Positions 1 through 7,859 of a stretch of DNA of 64,000 bases are shown piece by piece. The notes below the pieces were generated by a model. That model was given only the letters and a program-made list of their open reading frames with translations. It was not told the DNA's origin and did not search any database. Position numbers and translations under genes: made by a program. The first letter of the stretch is position 1, and every line of letters starts with the position of its first letter. This DNA comes from a virus (taxonomy: Duplodnaviria > Caudoviricetes), in the IMG/VR virus record IMGVR_UViG_3300043414_000372, positions 32,001-96,000 of that record; one strand, written 5' to 3'.

Positions 1-55
1 TGATTTCGTCAGGTGTAGCTGTTTTACTAACACCCAAAGTATTGTAATGATCCAT
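1..55 (-). CDS. dnaJ: J-domain (DnaJ-like) chaperone, 5' end only (runs off window)
   Basis: Manual translation from ATG at 55 gives MDHYNTLGVSKTATPDEI, matching the J-domain start D-Y-Y-x-x-LGV-x-x-x-A-x-x-x-EIK; not in the ORF track. Confidence 0.8.
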   Translation of the reverse strand, partial: MDHYNTLGVSKTATPDEI

Positions 56-61
56 TCAGTT

Positions 62-90
62 AGTATAGCATACTTTTATGCTATTGTCAA
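62..90 (-). promoter_or_regulatory. sigma70-type promoter for dnaJ
   Basis: TTGACA-17 nt-TATACT, 6 nt before the ATG; the spacer holds an 8-bp inverted repeat. Confidence 0.8.
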
Positions 91-94
91 CACT

Positions 95-736
95 TTAGTT
101 AACGCCGGCAACCTTTTCTTTAGTTCGGCCGTACGCGGCTATACCCAATACTGCACCCATTGCAATATGATATAGTCCAGCACCTTGCAAGGTTAACGGT
201 TGCCACTGACTAGTAACTTGCCCATGATTTAATGCTTGTAATAGACTCCAAAGAATCGGAAACAAAATAAAATCCACAAAACATGTAGACATGTATAACC
301 ATCCCATCATAGGGCGCCATTTTGAATTTATCCAATGCTCACTTTCTGCATCATTGGCAACTAATATTTCAGCACCTTGCGCTGCATTAGATCCTGCGCC
401 GGTTAATACTGGATTATTACCGACGCTCATGTTCATGTTACTTGTGCCGACTGAACCCATGTTGTTTGTTGACCCACCAAAACTTGTTGATCCGAACCCG
501 CCTGGTGTTGAATTGAAGCCCGGTGTTGGTGAACCAAAACCACTGGTTGATCCAAAGCCTCCTGTTGGTGTAGCGCCAAATGCTGAAGGCCCGCTTGAAA
601 ATGAGTTGGTTGAGCCATAAGTACTTCCTTGTGGAAATTGTGATATAGTAGGATCGGCCGCTAATATATCGTGGTGATCATCGCTCTTTGCTATTGCTGA
701 ATCTGTTGTTGCTTTCTGTGCTAATATAGTTGCCAT
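95..736 (-). CDS. Holin-like membrane protein (3TM GTA-holin-like C-terminus) with low-complexity FG-rich N-terminus
   Basis: C-terminal W-RP-x-x-GW-Y motif, hydrophobic helices and LG-x-x-x-YGRT-x-EK tail; Gly/Ser/Phe-rich N-terminal half; TAATG overlap with upstream gene. Confidence 0.6.
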   Translation of the reverse strand: MATILAQKATTDSAIAKSDDHHDILAADPTISQFPQGSTYGSTNSFSSGPSAFGATPTGGFGSTSGFGSPTPGFNSTPGGFGSTSFGGSTNNMGSVGTSNMNMSVGNNPVLTGAGSNAAQGAEILVANDAESEHWINSKWRPMMGWLYMSTCFVDFILFPILWSLLQALNHGQVTSQWQPLTLQGAGLYHIAMGAVLGIAAYGRTKEKVAGVN

Positions 737-1284
737 TATAAACCTGCCATTGATATAAATGCTTTTAATTCGCTATCTGGTTCACCGTGTAAATTAACTG
801 TGTCTAATCCTGCACGATGACGCATCTCGTTTAATTCTTCTTCATCTTCGTTTTGTTCACGATATTCATGCGGGCTAATAGTAATTTTTTGTTTTAATAT
901 TTCAGCATCCGCATCATAATCTTCTTCATCAATATTTATAGTCCACTCATTTACTTTTAAATCTGTTAATGTTTCTAAATCTTCTATCAATTCTACAATA
1001 CGTGCTGGAACTTTTGTTCTACGTTTCATCTCAACAAATACTAGATATTTTCCAGGACTTAATTCACCTTCACTAATACTAGCATCAATAATCCAGTCAT
1101 ATCCTCGCTCAAACCAATCAACTAAATCATCACCTGCTGCTTCACTATTAACAGTAAATGCCAAGGTGACTATATCAGCATCTCTCCCCGCCTTAGCAGC
1201 ATATTCATCTACGGAAACAGTAGGTTCAATTTGATCTACCATATCCAAATAGTCTAAGCCTTCATTAATGATTCTTCTAGTCAT
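736..1284 (-). CDS. Hypothetical acidic protein
   Basis: 182-aa ORF coupled to the next gene; starts MTRRIINE. Confidence 0.75.
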   Translation of the reverse strand: MTRRIINEGLDYLDMVDQIEPTVSVDEYAAKAGRDADIVTLAFTVNSEAAGDDLVDWFERGYDWIIDASISEGELSPGKYLVFVEMKRRTKVPARIVELIEDLETLTDLKVNEWTINIDEEDYDADAEILKQKITISPHEYREQNEDEEELNEMRHRAGLDTVNLHGEPDSELKAFISMAGL

Positions 1285-1292
1285 AATATACC

Positions 1293-1898
1293 TTACATTG
1301 CGGGGGCAGGTGGTGCACCTGGTGGCATGCCGCCCATTCCTGTACCAGCATCTTGTTCTTGTTCTTCCTGATCAGTAGTAGAATTTTGATCCAAATCGTC
1401 ATCGTATGAATCATCTAGTTCTTCCAGATCAATTGTTTGGCCAGCTAAGTCAATAGAACCTTCTTTAATATCATCTAATAAATCTTTTGGTATTTCAATG
1501 TAAACAAACCAAATTTTCTTTGGTGCCATCTTTGGATAGCGTGTTCCAGGGACATAATCTTCGTAGTCTTTAACTTCTACTGGAACTTCAATCTCTGATT
1601 TAGCAAACTTGACTTTACATCCAACTGCTACTAAACGTCTAGCACCCTTAGGATTGGGCATTAACTTATATGGCCACATGAATACGCAGCTAACAGTATA
1701 GCGTTTTACGTTAGGACCTTGAACTAATTCACCCAATTCCCAATTACGATAAGCGTAAAGATCGGATTCGTCTAGTACTCGTTCAAAGTCTAGTAGGGTG
1801 TTCATTGACCCGTCACTGGTAAATATACCCTTTACGGTGTCTACAATGCTGACATAATCAACATTATCAAAGAAATTGTCGGCGGTTTCGTGCTTCAT
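1293..1898 (-). CDS. Hypothetical protein with acidic and Pro/Gly-rich tail
   Basis: 201-aa ORF, 5 nt downstream of GATAAATA. Confidence 0.75.
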   Translation of the reverse strand: MKHETADNFFDNVDYVSIVDTVKGIFTSDGSMNTLLDFERVLDESDLYAYRNWELGELVQGPNVKRYTVSCVFMWPYKLMPNPKGARRLVAVGCKVKFAKSEIEVPVEVKDYEDYVPGTRYPKMAPKKIWFVYIEIPKDLLDDIKEGSIDLAGQTIDLEELDDSYDDDLDQNSTTDQEEQEQDAGTGMGGMPPGAPPAPAM

Positions 1899-1903
1899 TA
1901 ATA

Positions 1904-1911
1904 TATTTATC
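1904..1911 (-). promoter_or_regulatory. T4-like late promoter octamer GATAAATA
   Basis: Resembles T4 TATAAATA; recurs before many structural genes. Confidence 0.65.
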
Positions 1912-2070
1912 TTTTATTGATTAATAGCACTATTTCGATATTTCGCAGTTGAGCCAAGTATTTAGTCTAAAATATTGCGTTAAAAGTCTGATACATTACA
2001 GCATGGGTTTTACTTTAAATAATATTGAGTATTATGAGTACTCACCCGCTCTTATAAAGGAGAATTTACA

Positions 2071-2856
2071 TTGAGCAAACGGAAAACCAGTGCTTTACGC
2101 ACTACTCAGCAAGATCCACGCTTTTCAAGCAAAAAACAAACAAATCAAACTTTTTACATGAAAGAATCAAAAACAATAGATTTCTCGCAAGCACAAAAAT
2201 CTGTAAGGATCAATAAACGACCCGTACAGTTAGTACCTAAATCCCTGAATCAAGAAAATTACATTATCGCTTTACTAGATGAGGACACGGATATTGTTGT
2301 TGTCACTGGTCCGGCTGGTACGGGTAAAACTTATTTAGCAATGCAGGCTGCTATAAAAGCAATGCGGAATGGAGAATGTGATAGAATCATATTGTCTCGT
2401 CCCGCAGTAGGAGTAGATGACGAAAAACATGGCTTCTTGCCAGGTGATATCAATCAAAAGATGGAACCATGGACAAGACCTTTATTAGATGTATTACGTG
2501 AGTATTACACACAAGCAGAAATAACCCACATGTTGGACGAACAGATTATAGAGATTGCTCCATTGGCATTCTGTCGTGGTCGTAACTTCAAACACAGTTG
2601 GGTAGTGTTAGATGAAGCGCAAAATGCAACACCTGGTCAACTCAAAATGATTATGACTAGAATCGGCGTTGGCAGTAAGATTGTAATTACTGGCGATATT
2701 GAACAAGCCGATAGAAAATCAGCCGACAATGGGCTACTAGACTTACAAAATCGATTGAGGAAGGGGGTGATACCAGGGTTGCAGTTATGTACTTTTGACA
2801 TCAAAGATGTTCAAAGACACCGCATCATTGAACATGTACTAAACTTGTACAGTTAA
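2071..2856 (+). CDS. phoH: PhoH-like ATPase
   Basis: Walker A GPAGTGKT, SRPAV, GFLPG, RGR, DEAQN and GD-x-x-Q-x-D motifs; AAGGAG RBS before a TTG start. Confidence 0.95.
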   Translation: MSKRKTSALRTTQQDPRFSSKKQTNQTFYMKESKTIDFSQAQKSVRINKRPVQLVPKSLNQENYIIALLDEDTDIVVVTGPAGTGKTYLAMQAAIKAMRNGECDRIILSRPAVGVDDEKHGFLPGDINQKMEPWTRPLLDVLREYYTQAEITHMLDEQIIEIAPLAFCRGRNFKHSWVVLDEAQNATPGQLKMIMTRIGVGSKIVITGDIEQADRKSADNGLLDLQNRLRKGVIPGLQLCTFDIKDVQRHRIIEHVLNLYS

Positions 2857-2880
2857 AAAGAGGGGCACTGCCCCTCTTTT
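2856..2880. terminator. Bidirectional intrinsic terminator
   Basis: Perfect 11-bp inverted repeat aaaagaggggc-act-gcccctctttt between convergent genes. Confidence 0.85.
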
Positions 2881-3148
2881 ATTTCTTCTGAATTTCGCTT
2901 TCAGTATTATTCTTTATTAATTGGTCTATCAATGTTGGATATACTCGTCGGTAATATTCAATCATTTTATCCCAATCACTATCTACTACCTTCCCCTCAA
3001 CTACGCATTTGTCAATGTTCTTTTTATTAAAATCTAAAATGACATTGCACGTTTGAATGTCAGAGTTCCGTACTTTTTTGCTAATACTAACTTGTTCATC
3101 AATCTGTCCATTGGGTTTACGAACAAAAGTAATCAATAAATATCTCAC
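2879..3148 (-). CDS. Hypothetical protein
   Basis: 89-aa ORF overlapping the clamp-loader stop by 4 nt. Confidence 0.7.
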   Translation of the reverse strand: MRYLLITFVRKPNGQIDEQVSISKKVRNSDIQTCNVILDFNKKNIDKCVVEGKVVDSDWDKMIEYYRRVYPTLIDQLIKNNTESEIQKK

Positions 3149-4071
3149 GATGTTAACTCCACTAATGTTGCTGCTAGACTAATCTCAGGGATTCCAACTA
3201 ATGGCAAGTTTGCTAATCCATTACGAATGACAATGATACTAGCATCACGTTTTTCTTGTTGCTTGCCCCATAAGTCTAAGTTGTCATACATCCACTTATA
3301 AGTATCTTCAATACGTGTTGGGTACAACGCAATGTATTGCATCAGTTGCTGGCGTCCCTCAAGAATCTTGCCAGCTTTAAACAATGTTGTTGCTTCTAAC
3401 AACAATTCATGTTCACTGTTACCTTCTGATTGTGGGGGCAATAGTTTTCCTGTGCTGCTATTGACTTGTAGTTGATTCAAGCATTTACGCAAGTCTGGAT
3501 ATGCTACACGAACATAGCTGTCTAATGTATCCAAGTCAAACTCAATACCCTCAGTTACAAGAACAGTTGCTGCCCTTGCTGTATATTCTGTGCGATCAGG
3601 CTTAGCGATATGAAATTTGTGGCAACGACTTTCACGCAATGCTGGAATGATTTTGTGTTCATAGTTACAAGTAAGAATGAACCTTACTGTATCAGCATAT
3701 GCTTCCATATCGTTACGCAATGCTGCTTGAAACTCTGGACTTGTATAGTCAGCCTCGTCAAGTAAAATCACTTTAAACTTACCGAACGGCATTGTTTGTG
3801 CGAATCCATTAATCTTATCACGCACAACTGCTACACCATTCTCGCGGCTCGCATTGATTTCTAATACATCATAATCTTCTACACCAAGTTCATTAATTAA
3901 AACTTTAGCAAGAGTAGTCTTACCAGTACCCGGGTCGCCACTTAGTAATAGATGTGGGATAGAGCCATTGGCTATCCAACCTTCTACTTGTTGTTTTTGT
4001 CGTTCATCTACAAAGACATAATCTGTTACAGATTTCGGACGATACAACTCAACCCATAATTTATTTTTCAT
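3145..4071 (-). CDS. Sliding-clamp loader AAA+ subunit (gp44/RFC-small-like)
   Basis: LWVELYRP box II, GDPGTGKT Walker A, INAS, LLDEAD Walker B, TCN sensor, SRC motif. Confidence 0.95.
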   Translation of the reverse strand: MKNKLWVELYRPKSVTDYVFVDERQKQQVEGWIANGSIPHLLLSGDPGTGKTTLAKVLINELGVEDYDVLEINASRENGVAVVRDKINGFAQTMPFGKFKVILLDEADYTSPEFQAALRNDMEAYADTVRFILTCNYEHKIIPALRESRCHKFHIAKPDRTEYTARAATVLVTEGIEFDLDTLDSYVRVAYPDLRKCLNQLQVNSSTGKLLPPQSEGNSEHELLLEATTLFKAGKILEGRQQLMQYIALYPTRIEDTYKWMYDNLDLWGKQQEKRDASIIVIRNGLANLPLVGIPEISLAATLVELTS

Positions 4072-4373
4072 TTTCTTAGCATTTCAAGAGTTATAATATG
4101 TGCGATACCTTGACCCAAGTCTTGGTCACTATTAATGATATGCAATGCTGAATTGCGTTCATCTGTTCTAGGATCATATTTGTTGTACTCCATTACATAT
4201 CCACCGTTCGCTGAATGTATCGTAAAGTTCATACCATTTGGCTGATCCATCCTACGACCTGAACTAAGAGTAGCAATAGTTTTTGATGTAGCTATCACAT
4301 CACCGTCTGAACGGACTTTATTCCAATCTTCTCTAACCCATTGAATAACTTTTTGCTTAAACCAATTTATCAT
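4068..4373 (-). CDS. Hypothetical protein
   Basis: 101-aa ORF with ATGA-type overlap. Confidence 0.7.
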   Translation of the reverse strand: MINWFKQKVIQWVREDWNKVRSDGDVIATSKTIATLSSGRRMDQPNGMNFTIHSANGGYVMEYNKYDPRTDERNSALHIINSDQDLGQGIAHIITLEMLRK

Positions 4374-4754
4374 TTAATATACCTTATCACTCCAAGTTTC
4401 GTCTTTTAATTTCTCGTCAGATATAAGTAAAATATCTGCCGGATCCACTCTGCGAATAGTCTTTGGTCCTTCTTCATCTTCGATATCTATACCACGAGTC
4501 CAACGACCATGACTAATCATAATCCATTTACCAATCTGATATTCTGGGTCTGTGTTAGTAGAACCGATAGCATAAATCTTCCCCCAACGAGGGCGAATAC
4601 CTGCGCTTTTCATATCGTCATTGGGTAATAGAATACCGCTGCTGAGAATTCTAACATCAAAATCCATATCACACACTATGATATGGGCGCCGATTGGCTT
4701 GAATTGGCTCTTGTTAAAACGATGTGGTTCGAATGCTAATTTCTTTTCTTCCAT
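4374..4754 (-). CDS. GroES-like co-chaperonin (start revised to M18 of the listed ORF)
   Basis: KPIGAHIIV, mobile loop SSGILLP, G-x-I-x-A-x-G and D-I-L motifs; ATG 1 nt after the upstream TAA. Confidence 0.85.
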   Translation of the reverse strand: MEEKKLAFEPHRFNKSQFKPIGAHIIVCDMDFDVRILSSGILLPNDDMKSAGIRPRWGKIYAIGSTNTDPEYQIGKWIMISHGRWTRGIDIEDEEGPKTIRRVDPADILLISDEKLKDETWSDKVY

Positions 4755-4755
4755 A

Positions 4756-5133
4756 TTACTTCTTCTTTGTTGATTTTTTAATTTCTTCTTCTTTGATTTT
4801 TTCAATTTCTAAATCATCTTCAAATGATTCTTCTAATTCTAATTCTTCAGGAAGAAGTTCTGCTACGTCAATCTTTGCTGGTTTGGTAGCATCAGGTTGT
4901 AATTTTTGCTGAGATTTTTTAGTTACTTGTGCGGAACGATTACCTACTGTTTTGGTATAAGCGTTATTTACTTTGTCTGTTACTGGTTTTACGACTCTAC
5001 CAAATGCATCAATTGTGTCTCCGCGGGCGTTAAGATTCTTAACATTCCCCACTGCTCGTGTTTTTTCATTTTTTTGAATCATGGCGCCCATGTCCACGCT
5101 TTTACCCATTGCTGATCTGTATATACTTGCCAT
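4756..5133 (-). CDS. Hypothetical protein
   Basis: 125-aa ORF preceded by GGAG RBS. Confidence 0.7.
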   Translation of the reverse strand: MASIYRSAMGKSVDMGAMIQKNEKTRAVGNVKNLNARGDTIDAFGRVVKPVTDKVNNAYTKTVGNRSAQVTKKSQQKLQPDATKPAKIDVAELLPEELELEESFEDDLEIEKIKEEEIKKSTKKK

Positions 5134-5144
5134 TTTTAATCTCC

Positions 5145-5654
5145 TTATTTTAAGAATTCGTCTACCGATAATTGATAGTACAAACTATTTATACGATGAA
5201 TCCCGATCAAATACAATACATAACTAGCTACACTACTGCCACGACCTACACCCCATACTATGTTATTTCTACGCATTGTATCCACAAGATACTTTAGATA
5301 CTTCAATAATGGGAACATATTCCTATCATGGAATTTTAATAGTTCATCCCCTGCACGTTGCAATTCTTCTTCGTTTTTACATTGATCCAATACCCATTTA
5401 GCAATGTCAATTTCGTAGTATTCTTGGGGCATTTGCCATTGTGATTGATTTAGTTCATCAAATTCTTCTAGTGATAGTTTGGTATCAACATATTCTACTA
5501 GTGTGGGTAGATTTTCATCTGAGAGAAAGATACTATCCAAATTGATTTGTTTATCTACGAAACATCCTTTGATAGTGCGTATAGGATCACGCATATACAA
5601 GTCACAGAGGTCATTTTCTGTGAGGATAATTTGTCCGTAATTGTCAGTTTTCAT
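5145..5654 (-). CDS. Family-C (DnaE-like) DNA polymerase, N-terminal palm fragment
   Basis: WGVGRGSSVASYVLYLIGI...YYQLSVDEFL matches DnaE GPGRGS-x-AGS-L-V-x-Y-x-LGIT...Y-x-L-x-FERFL. Confidence 0.85.
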   Translation of the reverse strand: MKTDNYGQIILTENDLCDLYMRDPIRTIKGCFVDKQINLDSIFLSDENLPTLVEYVDTKLSLEEFDELNQSQWQMPQEYYEIDIAKWVLDQCKNEEELQRAGDELLKFHDRNMFPLLKYLKYLVDTMRRNNIVWGVGRGSSVASYVLYLIGIHRINSLYYQLSVDEFLK

Positions 5655-5660
5655 CTATGT

Positions 5661-5689
5661 ATTATAACATAGACTTTTGTGTAAATCAA
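5661..5689 (-). promoter_or_regulatory. sigma70-type promoter with extended -10
   Basis: TTGATT-17 nt-TATAAT with TG-n before the -10; 6 nt before the ATG. Confidence 0.65.
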
Positions 5690-6295
5690 CTATATTGGTT
5701 GTTTTTCATGGTCATTACTGAAAATAATTTCAGTAGTAGTATATTCTTTTTGTTCCCAATCTAACCCAACACTTGCCCAATCGCTATGTTGTTTTACCAA
5801 TCTAACAATTTTATCCTTTTTGTTAGTCTTGAGTATGTCGGACATGTTAGTAGAACTATCACTCCACCAGCCTTTGTTACCAAACGGGTGATTAGCAACC
5901 GTTTCTATATCATATACAAATTTAACATCATCACTTAATCCAGACATAAGTGAAAGATCAGTAATGTGTAATTTACCTTCTGTTATTGCATTTAGTTTTA
6001 GTAACAACAATATGGTTATGATTTGGTCGTATGGTTCATCGGGCAATGTACAGACTTTGATATCAGCCTGCATATACTTTTCTATAGCTTTTTTTTCTGA
6101 ATCTTGTACAAAAACACTATTACCCAAACATTCATGTAAGAAGTAATGTATCCTATCCATAGCTATATTTTGTTCTTTAATAGATGCTGTATCGACTTCC
6201 ATTTTTAATGCAAGTTCGTAGATGGTCATTGAGAATTCACCCTCAAAGTAAACCCCAGCTTGGAATGCGAATTCACGTTCTATTTTTGTTGCCAA
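5690..6295 (-). CDS. Hypothetical protein
   Basis: 201-aa ORF with GAGG RBS. Confidence 0.75.
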   Translation of the reverse strand: MATKIEREFAFQAGVYFEGEFSMTIYELALKMEVDTASIKEQNIAMDRIHYFLHECLGNSVFVQDSEKKAIEKYMQADIKVCTLPDEPYDQIITILLLLKLNAITEGKLHITDLSLMSGLSDDVKFVYDIETVANHPFGNKGWWSDSSTNMSDILKTNKKDKIVRLVKQHSDWASVGLDWEQKEYTTTEIIFSNDHEKQPI

Positions 6296-6536
6296 TTTGA
6301 TCCTCTTTTTGTATTGATACTTGACCTTGAATGTTTTGTTTTTTCATAACCTCGTCAAGTTTTTTGCTGGCTTCATTACGATATGTTTCAATTACCATAT
6401 GAAGCTGATTGATTAATGGTCTATTGCCCGTGCGATGGGCAAAGTTTAGTTTATTCATCAGACCAGTTAAATCAGTCTGAATTTCCTCTAATGTCTTTTC
6501 AGACAATGCTGCTCTGTTTAAGAATGGATGTTCCAT
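6273..6536 (-). CDS. Hypothetical helical protein
   Basis: 87-aa ORF, 5 nt after AATAAATA (6542-6549). Confidence 0.7.
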   Translation of the reverse strand: MEHPFLNRAALSEKTLEEIQTDLTGLMNKLNFAHRTGNRPLINQLHMVIETYRNEASKKLDEVMKKQNIQGQVSIQKEDQIGNKNRT

Positions 6537-6547
6537 TCAGATATTTA

Positions 6548-7837
6548 TTACCAAGATTGTAGTGCTAATCTTTTCCAAATATCATTGCCAACATAATATG
6601 TTGCAGTGGTTGCATTTGAATTTGTACTTAATCCTACTGTTGTTCCGGATACACCATTTGTTCTGGATTGGCTAACTGTGATATTTGGGCTAGCAACTGT
6701 TTTGATATAATAAACTGTATTCCCAATCAATCCACCCATATTAGCAGTAAAAACAATAGGAGCATTTACTGCGCTAGTCAAACTACTCAAATTGCCTGAT
6801 AATGTGATAAGATTTCCACTAGCGAATGTGTTTGTAACGTTGGTAACGCAAGCTGTAGCATTATATGAATCAGTAGCTATATATACATATGATACCGGGT
6901 TAGCAAACATAGTAGTACCTGAAGCATTTGCACCAATAGCAATATTAGCCCCGCCAATAGATGATGACACGGTGAATGTATTACTTGACACCACGTTTCT
7001 TACATAATATGTAGTTCCTACTACAATATTACCTGCAAGTGAAGTTCCAGTAAAGACTACTGGTAAATCAGTATATAATTGTGATGTATTACCAGATGTA
7101 GTAAGATACGGGTCTGTGTTAGCTGTTATAATTGTTAATTGATTAAACGACGGGCTAACTGCTACATCACCGTTAACATCACCTTGCAATCCAGTTGGAG
7201 GAACAAGGCGTTGTTGTATTTGTGTTGTTATTCTAGGTCTATTGATTGGAGTAATGTACAATGTGTTTCCGCAATCAGTTGTACTTACCATGTAGTTAAG
7301 TTGAGTTACACCATTTGGAACCGTTACTGCTAGATTGCCACTACTATTAGAATAGTTTTCAAGTGTAGTTGCGCCTGTGTCAGGAGATAATGTTACACTT
7401 GATGGGAATGTGATTACAGCATTAGCTGCATTAGCTGCTATTGAAAGGTTAACTTGTACGTTACTTTGAGTGCCGGTTGGTGCCCAGCTACCAAAATTAA
7501 TCGTAGTGTCTCCTGCAACTGTACCATAATGTACATCACCCAAAGACACATTTACCAATACAGTGCCTGATAATGCGTTACCCAAATTATAAGTGGTTGC
7601 TCTAAAGCTACGTGTACTTGCGTTACTGATAAGGGTGTTAGCCATATCATTATTAATAGTTGTACCAATTAATGCTTGTTTAACTACTACTTTGTTTTGT
7701 AGGTCAGTTATTTCATTGCCAGCAGCATTTAAATTGTTTACGATAGAGGCAAAGTTATCTCTGAAGCCTTGGCTGTTGTTGTTCACGCCCGGGACAGGAT
7801 AATTTACATTTATTGCGTTTGTGTTGATTGTACTCAT
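6548..7837 (-). CDS. Virion structural protein (baseplate/short-fibre-like)
   Basis: Thr/Asn/Gly-rich; N-terminal SQGFRDNF coiled segment; two copies of a P-x-V-F...G-x-x-YY-x-x...TVS module. Confidence 0.65.
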   Translation of the reverse strand: MSTINTNAINVNYPVPGVNNNSQGFRDNFASIVNNLNAAGNEITDLQNKVVVKQALIGTTINNDMANTLISNASTRSFRATTYNLGNALSGTVLVNVSLGDVHYGTVAGDTTINFGSWAPTGTQSNVQVNLSIAANAANAVITFPSSVTLSPDTGATTLENYSNSSGNLAVTVPNGVTQLNYMVSTTDCGNTLYITPINRPRITTQIQQRLVPPTGLQGDVNGDVAVSPSFNQLTIITANTDPYLTTSGNTSQLYTDLPVVFTGTSLAGNIVVGTTYYVRNVVSSNTFTVSSSIGGANIAIGANASGTTMFANPVSYVYIATDSYNATACVTNVTNTFASGNLITLSGNLSSLTSAVNAPIVFTANMGGLIGNTVYYIKTVASPNITVSQSRTNGVSGTTVGLSTNSNATTATYYVGNDIWKRLALQSW

Positions 7838-7859
7838 GTTTGTATTCCGTTATATATAT

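Noticed and set aside
65-84. CIRCE element before dnaJ
   Set aside because: CIRCE is TTAGCACTC-N9-GAGTGCTAA; both the arms and the spacing differ
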